Assembly (NCBI RefSeq): GCF_006345805.1
Contig: NC_043008.1
Coordinates: 66,216,001 to 66,280,000 of the forward strand
Reading direction: 5' to 3'
DNA: 64,000 nucleotides
Origin: Octopus sinensis
Lineage: Eukaryota
Shown here: positions 38,440 through 51,266 of the stretch, one piece after another
Layout: each line of letters begins with the position of its first letter
How positions within the stretch are numbered: position 1 is the first letter of the stretch
Notes under the pieces: generated by a model
What the model saw: only the letters and a program-made list of their open reading frames with translations
Database searches by the model: none
Told to the model about the DNA's origin: nothing
Translations under genes and position numbers: made by a program

Positions 38440-38995
38440 GAGTGAGAGAGCAGTTCATGCCATCAAAGTGACACTGGGGTAAAATATACGAAGCCCAGTA
38501 TACCCATCATGATTACCCGTCTGATAAGGGTACACTAGGTACATACATCACAACCATATGTGCACAACATGGTGATCTCATATCAAGATAAATAGCACAT
38601 GACCTTGCAGCTGGGGCCCAGTTAGAATTTTCTTCTGGTCGAGTAACCCATCCCACTCAAAAGGTCCCTGAATAAGGGTTGTTTAAGGATGTTGAACGAA
38701 ACACCCATGTTTCCAGAGGTGAATTATTCAAACCCCAAAGAATCCCTCTGGACACATGGCTATGATGCTCCCCCACTACTTCTGCTCATGATCAGAGAAA
38801 TACATAATGTCAGCCACCAAGGGACATGCTCAACTGGTTAAGGTCAAACAACTGACAAGCTAATCTATGGTATTGAGTAGAATATTTACTGTAGCCCATC
38901 TTTTATACTAAGACAAAACAATGTACAAGATAACACTTCCAATTAGTTAAGATCAGAAGCCATGAGAGCCACTGCCTGGTACTGCATCAGGGCAT
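38428..38995. repeat. Probable interspersed repeat bounded by (TAA)n on both sides
   Basis: Sharp (TTA)n boundaries; no ORF; family not identified. Confidence 0.4.
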
Positions 38996-39030
38996 TTATT
39001 ATTAATATTATTATTATTATCATTATTATT

Positions 39031-39598
39031 TAGCAGTCTTATTTTTATTGTTTTCACTGCACAACCAAGCATAGCTCTGTGTTCCTTGGGTATGCGCTGT
39101 GGTTTGTTTTCACTGTACAGAAAGTGCTTTATGTAGGATGTGTCATCTGCAGTGCCTACCTAGTGTTGTTTTCTATATGCTATATACATTCATAAGTCCT
39201 AATGTTTTGGTTATGAATTTGTCTGAATGTTTTCTAACCATACCTAATGTACCTATTATCATAGGGATTGTTACTGCTTTTAGGCTCCACATTCAGGTTA
39301 CGTCTATTTCCAGATCTTTGTATTTTGAGAGTTTCTCCCTTTCCTTTAGAGATACATTGTCATCAGTTGTAATTGATATATCAATTAGAAGGAATTTTTT
39401 TCTTGGTAATCTCTGGCAACTATGTCTGGTCTATTATCCTTGACTTCTCTGGGATATTAGCATATCCCAAAGTATGGTTGTTTTATCATTTTCTGAGACC
39501 CTTTCTAGGGTGTGCCTATACCATCTTTTACTGTTGTCATTCCAGAGTATTAGCATAGCTTCCAGTGTATAGAGGTCCTAACTCTGTCGTGTCTGTGG
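39031..39598 (-). mobile_element. R4/Dong-like LINE 3' fragment (restriction-like endonuclease) within (TAA)n
   Basis: RHDRV...IHWKLC...ILWD...NRPDIV...IDISITTDDNVSLKEREKLSKYKDLEI; TAA repeats on both flanks. Confidence 0.85.
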
Positions 39599-39613
39599 TT
39601 ATTATTATTATTA

Positions 39614-40900
39614 CACTGGTCAACAAAATTAAATGCATTATACTCATTACGGATACAAACCAAATTTTTAGACTAATTTTTCATGCCGATTTCAAAATTT
39701 CACTCCATTTGTATGCAACATGTATCTGTTTTTCAGTAGATACATGCAAATATTTACATAATTGTATATATATGAAATCATTAACGTAATAAATACTTTA
39801 GAAAGTAATTGAGTTTATTGAGTTAAAAATCATCACCATCATTCTCAAAGAGTGAATACACAAAAAATTGGTCAGACAAGACAAAGTTAAAACAACAGAG
39901 TAAGAAACATTGTGATTTGGATTTCCTGTAGTGTTCCTGATCTGGTTGATCATAGTAAAGAGTCCAGCAGTAGTCAGCCAGCATACTATCATTCCAGAAG
40001 ACTTAGCATTTTTTCTCCATAGCACTAATGTCCTGGTGAAATCTTTCACCATGTTCATCAGACACTACTCCAAGGTTATCTGCATAAAAATTCTAATGGG
40101 AGTCCAAGAGATGAACTTTCAGTGACATGTAACAACCCATTACTGAATAACAATTCAGAAGATTCTTGATGCCATCCTTGTAGTCCATTGCCTTCTTGTG
40201 TCCCAAGAAATTCTTACAGATCCAATTGAAAGTATTCCAGGCAGGCAATTCCAGTTCATCCAGTGTTGTCTTGAAGTTGACATCTTTGTGTACTTCTCTA
40301 ATTTGGGTTCCAACAAAGATACTCACTTTCAACTTTGCCTGTATAATTTTGGGTAACTTTTCTAAAATATACCCTCTTCCCCAGTGTCTTCACAAATTGT
40401 TTCGTCAGTACAATCTTTATGTGCAAAGGAGGCAATAGGACATTACATGGATCTACAAGAGGTGTATTCGTGATGTTAGACAGTCCTGGCTGGTATGAAA
40501 CGATAATAGTGACAACCAAAATACCAAACAGAACCAATCCCTCCAGCGCTTGATGAACACAAACCACCAAAGTCAAACCATTATGCTCATGCAGAGATAG
40601 ATCCAATTGCCCTTTGGATAACCAATGTATGACTAAGAACGTTGTATACAAGTGCACTATAAACACTCAAAGAGGCCCTTACATATATATCAGGGCATCA
40701 GCTGATTTTTTTCAAAAATTGATACCGCAACTACATCGCCAGCTTTTGAAATATCTTCAAACGACATGTAACATCACTGGCCAATTTTATCTGGCGACTT
40801 AAGGAAACAAAGACAAAATACAGTTTTACATGGTCCATACTTAGACATGCAAGTCCCTACAACACTATCCCGCAAATGCCAATTATGCTCCAAGGAGTCA
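39614..40900 (-). mobile_element. Decayed DNA transposon, Chapaev3-like transposase C-terminus
   Basis: LVDPCNVLLPPLHIK, IFVGTQIRE, CYMSLKVHLLDSH fragments; terminus CACTGGTCAACAAAATT at 39614; superfamily assignment from memory of motifs. Confidence 0.65.
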
Positions 40901-41843
40901 CTCTCGATAATGTTGACAAAGGAGTGCATTATAAATTAACTCAATGACGAATTACCCAGATGCCTACACACAGCTAAACACACATTTACACACTACAATA
41001 CAGACCATACATAGCTTTATATAAACATGGTGCCCACAACTTTTAATACACATGAACTTGAGGAACCATATTTGAATACCCTGTATTTGACATATGATCT
41101 GGCCATCTAGATCCATAAATGTATGTATATATATGTGTGTCTGTGTGTGTGTGTCTGTGTGCGTGTGTGTGTCTGTGTGCGGTGTGTGTCTGTGTGCGTG
41201 TGTGTGTATGTTTGTATATATATATATATGCATGTATATCTGTATGCGTATGCATGTATATGTATATATATATATACATATATATGTGTGTGTATGTGTG
41301 TGTGTGTGTATATATATGTATATGTATGTATATATGTGTGTGTGTGTGTGTAGGCGCATATATGTGTACGTGTGTGTATATGTATATACGTGTAGAGATA
41401 TACATGTCTACATCCCTATTGGTGCGCATTTGCATTTTTTTTAGGTGTATATATTAATATGAATTTGTGCATATGTGTACACAGGCATATGTTTATATGT
41501 GTATACCCATGCATATATGTATCTGTGTGTGCCTATCTCTATATGTATGTATGTGCGTGTATATATTTATTTATTTGTATATGCGAGTGTATTAACACAT
41601 GTGCATGTGTCAAACTTTGCACAGACATCTGTATCTCACATTACATATGAATTTAAACACATATTTACCTACGCTATGTGCATATATTTATGTATACATG
41701 AGCGTGTGTGCCTGTATATATGAGTTCCTATACATGTATGTATGTATGTATTCATCAATATGTGTGGATACGCGCATGTATCTAGTTGCACATATATACC
41801 CATATACTTGGATGTGCGTGTGTGAGCGCATATGTATAAGTGC

Positions 41844-41878
<35 letters not shown>

Positions 41879-42375
41879 TCTGTGTATGTATGAGCAAGAA
41901 TGCAAGAAACTTTTTTGTCTAAGTATTATCTTCCTTTCTACTTCCTTTTCTTTCTCAACCGTTAAAACAGTGATGATTCATTACATCATTTTCTCTAAAC
42001 TAGAATTTTCACATTCATAATTGATTCTTTCACGTTTCAACTTTTCTCTGTTTTTTACCGATTCCCAAAGTTGACAAACATTTAGCGATACATAAAACCG
42101 AATTTCTAGTGAGACTTTTTATTTTTATTTATTTATTTATGTACCCAAAGAGACCCAGAACAGGTTGAAATATGTGTGATACTAAATAAAATCTATTTTT
42201 CTATCTATTTTATTTATACAGTTACTTCAACTACCACTATGAAATTCCTGCAATCTACGGATAATAACAGGTAATTGAACTCTGCTGGTGCTTTATTCAT
42301 CATCCACTTATACATTTTATATAATTTTCATTAGTATATATATATAAATATACTATATATATATATATAAATATA

Positions 42376-42453
<78 letters not shown>

Positions 42454-42477
42454 CACATATATATATACATATATATA

Positions 42478-42526
<49 letters not shown>

Positions 42527-42528
<2 letters not shown>

Positions 42529-42825
42529 GAAAGAATGGAGTTGAACGACAAATTAAAAAAATTCCTTTATTTTTTTCGACATATGTTTCGAAGGCTGCAT
42601 ATTCCTAATTTCGAAGGAATAAGGGGTGCATTATGCCGCCTTCTCATCCGGAAAAGTAAGGAACTTATGTTTTAAAAAAAACACACAAATTTCCACACGA
42701 TAGCACGGGATCTCTGCCCTAGGCATGTAGCTTCAACCGTGTTTTTCTGACGTGAATTTGCTACCCAGGTATCGGTTAACAGAATTATCCATAATAAGAT
42801 AATTCATTCAACTACTCAATTATTT
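42527..42825 (-). mobile_element. HHR-carrying Penelope-like remnant within (TA)n
   Basis: (TA)n on both flanks; homologue at 17061-17200. Confidence 0.65.
42573..42655 (-). ncRNA. Type I hammerhead ribozyme with U4>G core change
   Basis: Minus strand: ttttc-CGGATGA-gaaggc...gccttc-GAAA-catat-GTC-gaaaa; palindromic ACAUAUGU stem III. Confidence 0.7.
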
Positions 42826-43904
42826 ATATATATATATATATATATAAAAGCCTCATTCGAGGAAAATTTAAGTAATACTAAGCAATAAAGGTTTAGCAAC
42901 GAATTGCCTTACCACATACTAGATACATGTGCAACTAGATACATGCGCGTATCCACACATATTGATGAATACATACATACATACATGTATAGGAACTCAT
43001 ATATACAGGCACACACGCTCATGTATACATAAATATATGCACATAGCGTAGGTAAATATGTGTTTAAATTCATATGTAATGTGAGATACAGATGTCTGTG
43101 CAAAGTTTGACACATGCACATGTGTTAATACACTCGCATATACAAATAAATAAATATATACACGCACATACATACATATAGAGATAGACACACACAGATA
43201 CATATATGCATGGGTATACACATATAAACATATGCCTGTGTACACATATGCACAAATTGGTATGTGGTAAGGCAATTCATTGCTAAACCCTTTATTGCTT
43301 AGTATATATATATATATATATACATGTGTTTGAAAAGGTTTAACAAAAGCACTCACACACTAGAAAAAAACTTCTTCCCAAAAAAGGTTAGCAACATCCT
43401 GATAACAGATTTCATAACATCTTTTTTTTAAATATTTTTTTTAAAAATCACCTTTACACTTCAAAAACTGTATTAAGTAACTCTCATAGACTTTCATGTG
43501 TGTGTGTGTACATTCACACACGCACACACACACATACTGTAATTGTAGCCTCTAATTATATGATTAATTGTCCAGAAAAACATAATGGTATTGCTATCAC
43601 AACTACTATTAAGTACAAATCAAACACTGGAAATTTTCAGGTGTACATATTACATAATATCACATAATCAACTTCTGTTTGTTAGTGCAAATTTTTTTTT
43701 TTTTTTTGTTATTATTTTTCATTTCTGATGAAAATGTGGAACAGTCCACAGGGAGGTAATTCCATACTGGCGAGAAGCCAATTCTGAAGGCAAAAGGCTA
43801 TCAAGAATACATTTGAGATATGCTGAGATTATGAAACCTGGTGAAAATATCTGGAAGTAAGCAGTAAATAAATGGATTGCTTCTCAAGTATAGAATGGCC
43901 TCTT

Positions 43905-44143
43905 TATATATATTCTTTACTACCCACAAGGGGCTAAACACAGAGGGGACAAACAAGGACAGACAAAGGGATTAAGTCGACTACATCGACCCCAGTGTGT
44001 AACTGGTACTTAATTTATCGACCCTGAAAGGATGAAAGGCAAAGTCGACCTCGGCGGAATTTGAACTCGGAACGTAACGACAGACGAAATACGGCTACGA
44101 ATTTCGCCCGGCGTGCTAACGTTTCTACCAGCTCGCCGCCTTA
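43905..44143 (-). mobile_element. Family B SINE, full length
   Basis: Near-consensus head to tail. Confidence 0.9.
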
Positions 44144-44982
44144 ATGGCCTCTTTATATAGATTTGAATATGTTCATACTTGGAAATATAATAAAATGAAG
44201 TCATAGGAATGATTCAAATGAACCAATGACATGGATTTAAATAAATGATTGAATGCATTCAATGATCTATTGTTCCTACTGCCAATCATAAGCCACAAGC
44301 TGAGATATTTTAGCTTTAGCTCAAGGTTGTAAAAATATGGAGGAAAGGACTGGCTCATTTAATTGGTTTCAAATTTTGGCACAAGGCCAGCAATTTCAAG
44401 GGAGGGGCAAATCAATTACAAATTGGTTAATTTCATTGATCGCAGTACTTGACTGGTCTTTCCCTTTTTTTAATTATTTATAGAAGGATAATAAACAAAC
44501 AACGGTAGAGAGATGATTTGAGCTGAGAATCTAAACAAATGTAATTAAATATTACCAATTTATGTTTTCAATACTCTTCTAATTCTACCATCCATCATCT
44601 TCATAGATGCAGAATCGCTAGCATGCTGGGCAAAATGCTTAGTAGCATTTCGTTTGTCTTTATGGTCTGAGTTCAAATTCCACTGGGGTCCACTTTGCCT
44701 TTCATCCTTTTGAGGTTGATAAAATAAGCACCAGTTGAGCCCTGTAAAAAGTTACCTTTTTGAGTCATACTAACTCACAAGAGCTGGTTTCCTGGTTTCC
44801 TGGTTTCCTGGTTTCCCTGACATATATATTCCCCACCTGGATGGGATGCCAATCCATCGCAGGATTACTCATCTTTGTCAGCTGAGTGGACTGGAGCAAC
44901 ATGAAATGAAGTGTTTTGCTCAAGAACATAATGTAATTAATTAGAACCCCAACAAAAAAAATTTCAGGCCTTGTGCCTATAG

Positions 44983-45151
44983 GTGCAGAGTGGCTGTGTG
45001 GTAAGTAGTTTGCTTGCTTACCAACCACATTGTTCTGGGTTCATTCCCACTGTGTGGCACCTTGGGCAAGTGTCTTCTACTATAGCCTTGGGCCAACCAA
45101 AATCTTGTGAGTGGATTTGGTAGACAGAAACTGAAAGAAGCCCGTGGTATT

Positions 45152-45192
<41 letters not shown>

Positions 45193-47190
45193 TCATCATC
45201 ATCATCATCATTTAACGTCCGCTTTCCATGCTAGCACGGGTTGGACGGTTCAACTGGGGTCTGGGGAGCCCGAAAGCTCCACCAGTCCAGTCAGATCTGG
45301 CAGTGTTTCTACAGCTGGATGCCCTTCCTAACGCCAACCACTCCGAGAGTGTAGTGGGTGATTTTATGTGCCACCGACACAGGTGCCAGACGAGGCTGGC
45401 AAACGGCCACGCTCGGATGGTGTTTTTTATGTGCCACCGACACAGGTGCCAGACGAGGCTGGCAGGCGGCCACGCTCGGATGGTGTTTTTATGTGCCACC
45501 GACACAGGTGCCAGATGAGGCTGGCAAACGGCCACGATCGGACGGTGTTTGTTACATGCCCACAGCACGGAGGCCAGTCGATGCGGTACTGGCTACGGCC
45601 ACGTTCGGATGGTTTTCTTGTGTGCCACGTGCCACCAGCACTGGTACCACAAAGATACAAATTCCATTGATGTTCATCTATTTTGATTTGTTTTGATTTT
45701 CACTTGCCTCAACAGGTCTTCACAAGTGTCACAAGAAGGAAGGTATGCACAGGTGGACTGACTACGTCCCAGGTAGGGGCCACAGGTTATGGCCTGACTA
45801 GTCTTGCCGGGTCTTCGGATGGTGTTTTTATGTGCCACCGACACAGGTGCCAGATGAGGCTGGCGAACGGCCACGATCGGATGGTGTTTGTTACGTACCC
45901 ACAGCACGGAGGCCAGTCGGTGCGGTACTGGCTACGGCCACATTCGGATGGTTTTCTTGTGTGCCACCGGCACTGGTACCACAAAGATACAATTCCATTA
46001 ATGTTCATCTATTTTGATTTGTTTTGATTTGATTTGATTTGATTTGTTTTGATTTAATTTTGATTTTCACTTGCCTCAACAGGCCTTCACAAGTATCACA
46101 AGGAGGAAGGTATGCACAGGTGGACTGACTACGTCCCAGGTAGGGGCCATGGGATATGGCCTGACTAGTCTTGCCGGGTCTTCGGGTCCCATGTAGGTGC
46201 CATGGGATATGGCCTGACTAGTCTTGCCAGGTCTTCGGGTCCCAGGTAGGGGCCATGGGATATGGCCTGACTAGTCTTGCCGGGTCTTCGGATGGTGTTT
46301 TTATGTGCCACCGACACAGGTGCTAGATGAGGCTGGCGAACGGCCACGATCGGATGGTGTTTGTTATGTGCCCACAGCACGATGGCCAGTCGATGCGGTA
46401 CTGACTACGGCCACGTTCGGATGGATTTCTTGTGTGCCACAGGCACTGGTACCACAAAGATACAAATTCCATTGATGTTCATCTATTTTGATTTGATTTG
46501 ATTTTCACTTGCCTCAACAGGTCTTCACAAGTGTCACAAGAAGGAAGGTATGCACAGGTGGACTGACTAGTCTTGCCGGGTCTTCGGAAGGTGTTTTTAT
46601 GTGCCACCGACACAGGTGCCAGATGAGGCTGGCGAACGGCCATGATCGGATGGTGTTGTTGTTACGTGCCCACAGCACGGAGGCCGGTCGATGCGGAACT
46701 GGCTACGGCCACGTTCGGATGGTTTTCTTGTGTGCCACCGGCACTGGTACCACAAAGATACAGATTCCATTGATGTTCATCTATTTTGATTTGTTTTGAT
46801 TTTCACTTGCCTCAACAGGTCGTCACAAGTGTCACAAGAAGGAAGGTATGCACAGGTGGACTGACTACGTCCCAGGTAGGGGCCATGGGTTATGGCCTGA
46901 TTAGTCTTGCCGGGTCTTCGGATGGTGTTTTTATGTGCCATATATATAAGTATATATGTATGTGTGTTTATATGTTTGTGTGTCTGTGTTTGTCCACCCC
47001 ACCATCATCACTTGACAACCAATTCTGGGTGTGTTTACGTTCCCCTAACTTAGCAGTTCAGCAAAAGAGACCGATAGAATAAGTACTAGGCTTACAAAGA
47101 GTAAATCCTGGGGTCGATTTTCTCAACTAAAGGATGTGCTCCAGTATGGCCACAGTCAAAGGACCGAAACAAGTAAAAGAATAAAAGAAA
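44983..47190 (+). mobile_element. Family A SINE split at central (TA)n by an RTE-tail array
   Basis: 5' half about 44983-45160, 3' half about 46941-47190. Confidence 0.85.
45191..46940 (-). repeat. RTE 3'-end-derived tandem array with higher-order structure
   Basis: One (GAT)n tail; ~60-bp subrepeats; large units start at 45482, 45821, 46294, 46590, 46924; extra ~43-bp repeats at 46140-46290. Confidence 0.88.
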
Positions 47191-47194
47191 GAAT

Positions 47195-47314
47195 TGTTGT
47201 TGTTGTTGTTGTTGTCGTTGCCGTTGTCATTGTTGTTGTGTTGTTGTTGTTGTTGTTGTTGTTGTTGTGTTGTTGTTGTTGTTGTTGTTGTTGTTGTGTT
47301 GTTGTTGGTTGTTG

Positions 47315-47347
<33 letters not shown>

Positions 47348-47405
47348 GTTGTTGTTGTGTTGTTGTTGTTGTTGTTGTGTGTTGTTGTTGTTGTTGTTGT
47401 TGTTA
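47195..47405. repeat. (GTT)n microsatellite
   Basis: Direct observation; source of poly-Q/T/N/C/V ORFs. Confidence 0.95.
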
Positions 47406-48111
47406 AGCAGCAAGATGGTAGAATCATTAGCATGCTGGATAAAATGCTTATCTGCATTTTGTGCATCATTTAGTTCTGAGTTCAAATTCCACCAAGGTCA
47501 ACATTCTTCTGAGGTCGATAGAATAAGTAGCACTTAAGCACTAGAGTCAATGTAATCGGCCGACACCCTCCCCTCCAAAATTTCAGGCTTTGTGCCTGTA
47601 GTAGAAGGGATTATTATTTATTGTTATTTTCCACATAGAATTATAAATATGATGTAATCTAATTGCATTTTCCATGTGAATTTTTGGTTTGTTTGTTTTT
47701 TTTTATATTTCTATTTAATTTATATCAAATGAAATTTTACCCTTTGATAGTTTTTGATACAAAAAAAGATTGCAGTTTGTCATTATGTATATATATATAT
47801 CAGTTGAATGACATTACAACATGCTTTGGCTTTCACATTTTTTTTTTTAATTAAAAACTGTGAAAACCAGACCATGTTGAAAATCTATTCAACTGATATA
47901 TTATTATATTATTCTGTAATATATATTTATATATATATTATTGAATATTGTACTGTGCTTTGAATAGTCCTAAATTTAATGTAAACTATCTTCAAACAGT
48001 TTTATTTTAAAATATTAAAATGAATACTGTTTTGCTTCAATTTTATTGCAAATAATTTTCTTTAATCACATGTAATGACTAAAAACGAACTGTTTGCCAA
48101 GGAAGAATTTT

Positions 48112-48171
<60 letters not shown>

Positions 48172-48570
48172 TCTTTTACTCTTTTACTTGTTTCAGTCAT
48201 TTGACTGTGGCCATGCTGGAGCACCGCCTTTAGTCGAGGAAATTGACCCCAGGACTTATTCTTTGTAAGCCTAGTACTTATTCTATCGGTCTCTTTTACT
48301 GAACCGCTAAGTTACGGGGACGTAAGCACACCAGCATCGGTTGTCAAGCGATGTTGGGGGGACAAACACAGACACAGAAACACACACACATATATATACA
48401 TATATACAACGGGCTTGCTTCTTTCAGTTTCCGTCTACCAAATCCACTCACAAGGCTTTGGTCGGCCCAAGGCTATAGTAGAAGACACTTGCCCAAGGTG
48501 CCATGCAGTGGGACTAAACCCGGAACCATGTGGTTGGTAAGCAAGCTACTTACAACACAGCCACTCCTGT
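48172..48570 (-). mobile_element. Family A SINE, full length
   Basis: Reverse complement of the 19514 copy. Confidence 0.9.
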
Positions 48571-50330
48571 TATCTCTATATATACATATGTGTATATATT
48601 CCTGTTTGTACATTTATTTGTATGTACAAGCTTTTTATATTGTGTATGTATATGCATATGTTTCTCTACACATAGTTATATAGTTATGTGTTTATACTTA
48701 TGCATACATACATATGTATGAGTGTGTTCTAATGTTTTTCTCTGTATAGTATGTATATTATTTCAAAATTTTTGCCACAGGGGAAACCTGGGGGAGATGG
48801 GGATGAGTCGATTACATTGACCCTGGTATTCAACTGGTACTTATTTTATCAACCCCTGAAAGGATGAAAAGCAAAGTCAACCTTGGTGGGATTTGAACTC
48901 AGACCATAGAGACAGGCTGTATGGTTTGGATATTAACAGAAGTATGAATATGCTCCCACAGCTACGTGGGAGCATATTTGTGTATTTTTATTTTATTTTT
49001 TTTTATTTTTAATATGCTAATGCATGCAGGATCTACCCCTTAGCTTTCAGTGTTGACTTCAATACAGTTTATTGCAACAGAATGCATTTGAGGGCCATCT
49101 GAACTTTAACCCCTATTTAGCAAATTCCCAGACATGCATTTCTGACTCGTTAGCAATCTTCAATAGGAAACACCAAAGAGAGATAACCCTTGGGCAGATT
49201 CAAAGCTGTATTTTCCATTGGTATTTTGCTTTGGGGAAGTCTTAAGAACTAGAATTCACATGTCTGGGAATCCACTAGAGCGAAGCACTAGGCAGATATG
49301 GTGTTTGTACTCCCATGTCATTTACATAAATTCGAATCTTTTCTGGGTTTTTTTTTTACAGCTAATATCCCACCATTTAGAGGTTCAACAAACAGGGCTC
49401 AATAAAATATGTATGATCACTATACACTTGAAAACACTGCACCAAGCATGGGTGCAGTTTCAGTTGCAGTCTAATGACTGAAATATGTAAAAAAATAAAA
49501 GAATATGAATGGTAGAAGCTACATGAAACCACAAAAGTAATGTAAAACATATATAATAGATATGAACTAAATGCGATAAGCCATGTAAAGATATATGAAT
49601 ATACATGTTCAACTACATGTATATTAACAATATAAAACTATTTAAAACTATAACAAAAATACACATAAACTATACAAAATATATATATCATAAAAACTGG
49701 TATAATATAAAAAACCAAACTAATCAACAAAAAAAATAATAAATCAAGATAGATAGAGAAATAGAGAGAAAAATACATTAAAGTTTGGCAGAATTTTGGA
49801 CCAATTCCAATATCAACATGTACTTGTCAAGAGTAAAAGAAAAAAGAAAAACGACTGACATCGGTATATGTAAATATATATATAAAAAAAAAACACAGAA
49901 AGATAAACAAAACAGGGACAACAAGATAATTTCATCTGTTGCATTGAACCACTAATGTCTTACCAGTACATTGTAGAGAATTTAAAAATACCATCGCTTC
50001 TGGAATTCAATGAATGCAGAAGATAGACTCGGCAAAACAGTGGTTTTCTATCTCAAAATCAGCAAGATGAGTTTTAATGAGCGACATGATATTTTTTTTA
50101 TTATTGGTGGTGGAAGCATTGGAGTGTAGAGGGCAGAAGCATTAGATTGTCAGACTGAATAATATGTGATGTGTGTTCTAGTTCCTTGCATTCTCGGTTC
50201 AAATTATATCAAAGTCGGCTTTGCATTTTATTCTTCTAGAGTTGATAAAATTAAGTACCAAAATTGGAGACTGAGAGCAATATAATCAAACAGTTCTTTC
50301 CCTCCTTTTGAATAACAGGCCTTGTGCTCA

Positions 50331-50865
50331 TCATCATCGTTTAACGTCCGTTTTCCATGCTAGCATGGGTTGGACGGTTTGACCGGGTTCTGGGAAGCCA
50401 GGAGGCTGCACCAGGTTCCAGTCTGATCTGGCAGTGTTTCTACAGCTGGGTGCCCTTCCTAATGCCAACCACTCCGTGAATGTAGTGGGTGATTTTTACC
50501 TGCCACCAGCATGGAAGCCAGTCAAGGCGGTGCTGGCATTGGCCACGTTCGGATGGTGCTTCTTACATGCCACCGGCACACGTATCACAACTACAATTTC
50601 CATTTTGAATTTTTGATGTTGATGTACTTGACCCAATAGTTCTCCTCAAGCATAGCAGGTCGCCCTACGATCCAAAGTAAGCACAGCAGGCCATCCTGTG
50701 ATCCAAGGTACTTTGGATGGGCTGGGGCTGCTATGTGAAGCTGGTGCAGGAAACAGCCGTGAACTCACATTATTTGTCGGGTCTTCGTAGTCACAGCATA
50801 TCTCCAGAGGTCTCAGTCTTTTGTCATTGCCTCTGTGAGACCCAACGTTCGAAGGTCATGCTCAT
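50331..50865 (-). mobile_element. RTE 3' UTR plus extreme ORF end (family C)
   Basis: catcatcgtttaacgtccgttttcc...gtcacagcatatctccagag homology to 36663-37440. Confidence 0.8.
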
Positions 50866-51266
50866 ATGAAACAATAATTTTTATGGCCTGAGGATAGAGG
50901 TTGGTCAAATCAGTAGAGTGTCAGAAGAAATGCCATTTTTTATCTGTTATCTTTTACTTGTTTCTGTCATTAGACTGCAGCCCTGCTGTGGCACCACCTT
51001 GAAAAGTTTGGTCAAAGGAAGTGACTCCAGTACTTATTTTTTTTTTAAGCCTGGTACTTGTTCTATTGGTGTCTTAGGCCAAACCACTAAGTTATGGGGA
51101 CATAAACACAACAATGCTGGTTGTCAAGCAGGGGGTGGAAGACATCCTCAGAAACAAAGACACACACATACATATATATGACAGGCTTCTTTCAGTTTCT
51201 GTGTACCAAATATACTCACAAGGCTTTGATCAGCCTAAGGTTATAATTGAAGACACTTGCCCAAAG

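Larger units (their letters stand above)
41462..43258. repeat. 332-bp inverted duplication (41462-41793 vs 42927-43258)
   Basis: One mismatch seen; second copy is bracketed by 44/45-bp inverted repeats at 42876-42919 and 43260-43304. Confidence 0.92.

Noticed and set aside
43722-43750. CTGATGA followed by a gtgga/tccac hairpin
   Set aside because: No downstream GAAA or stems; not a hammerhead
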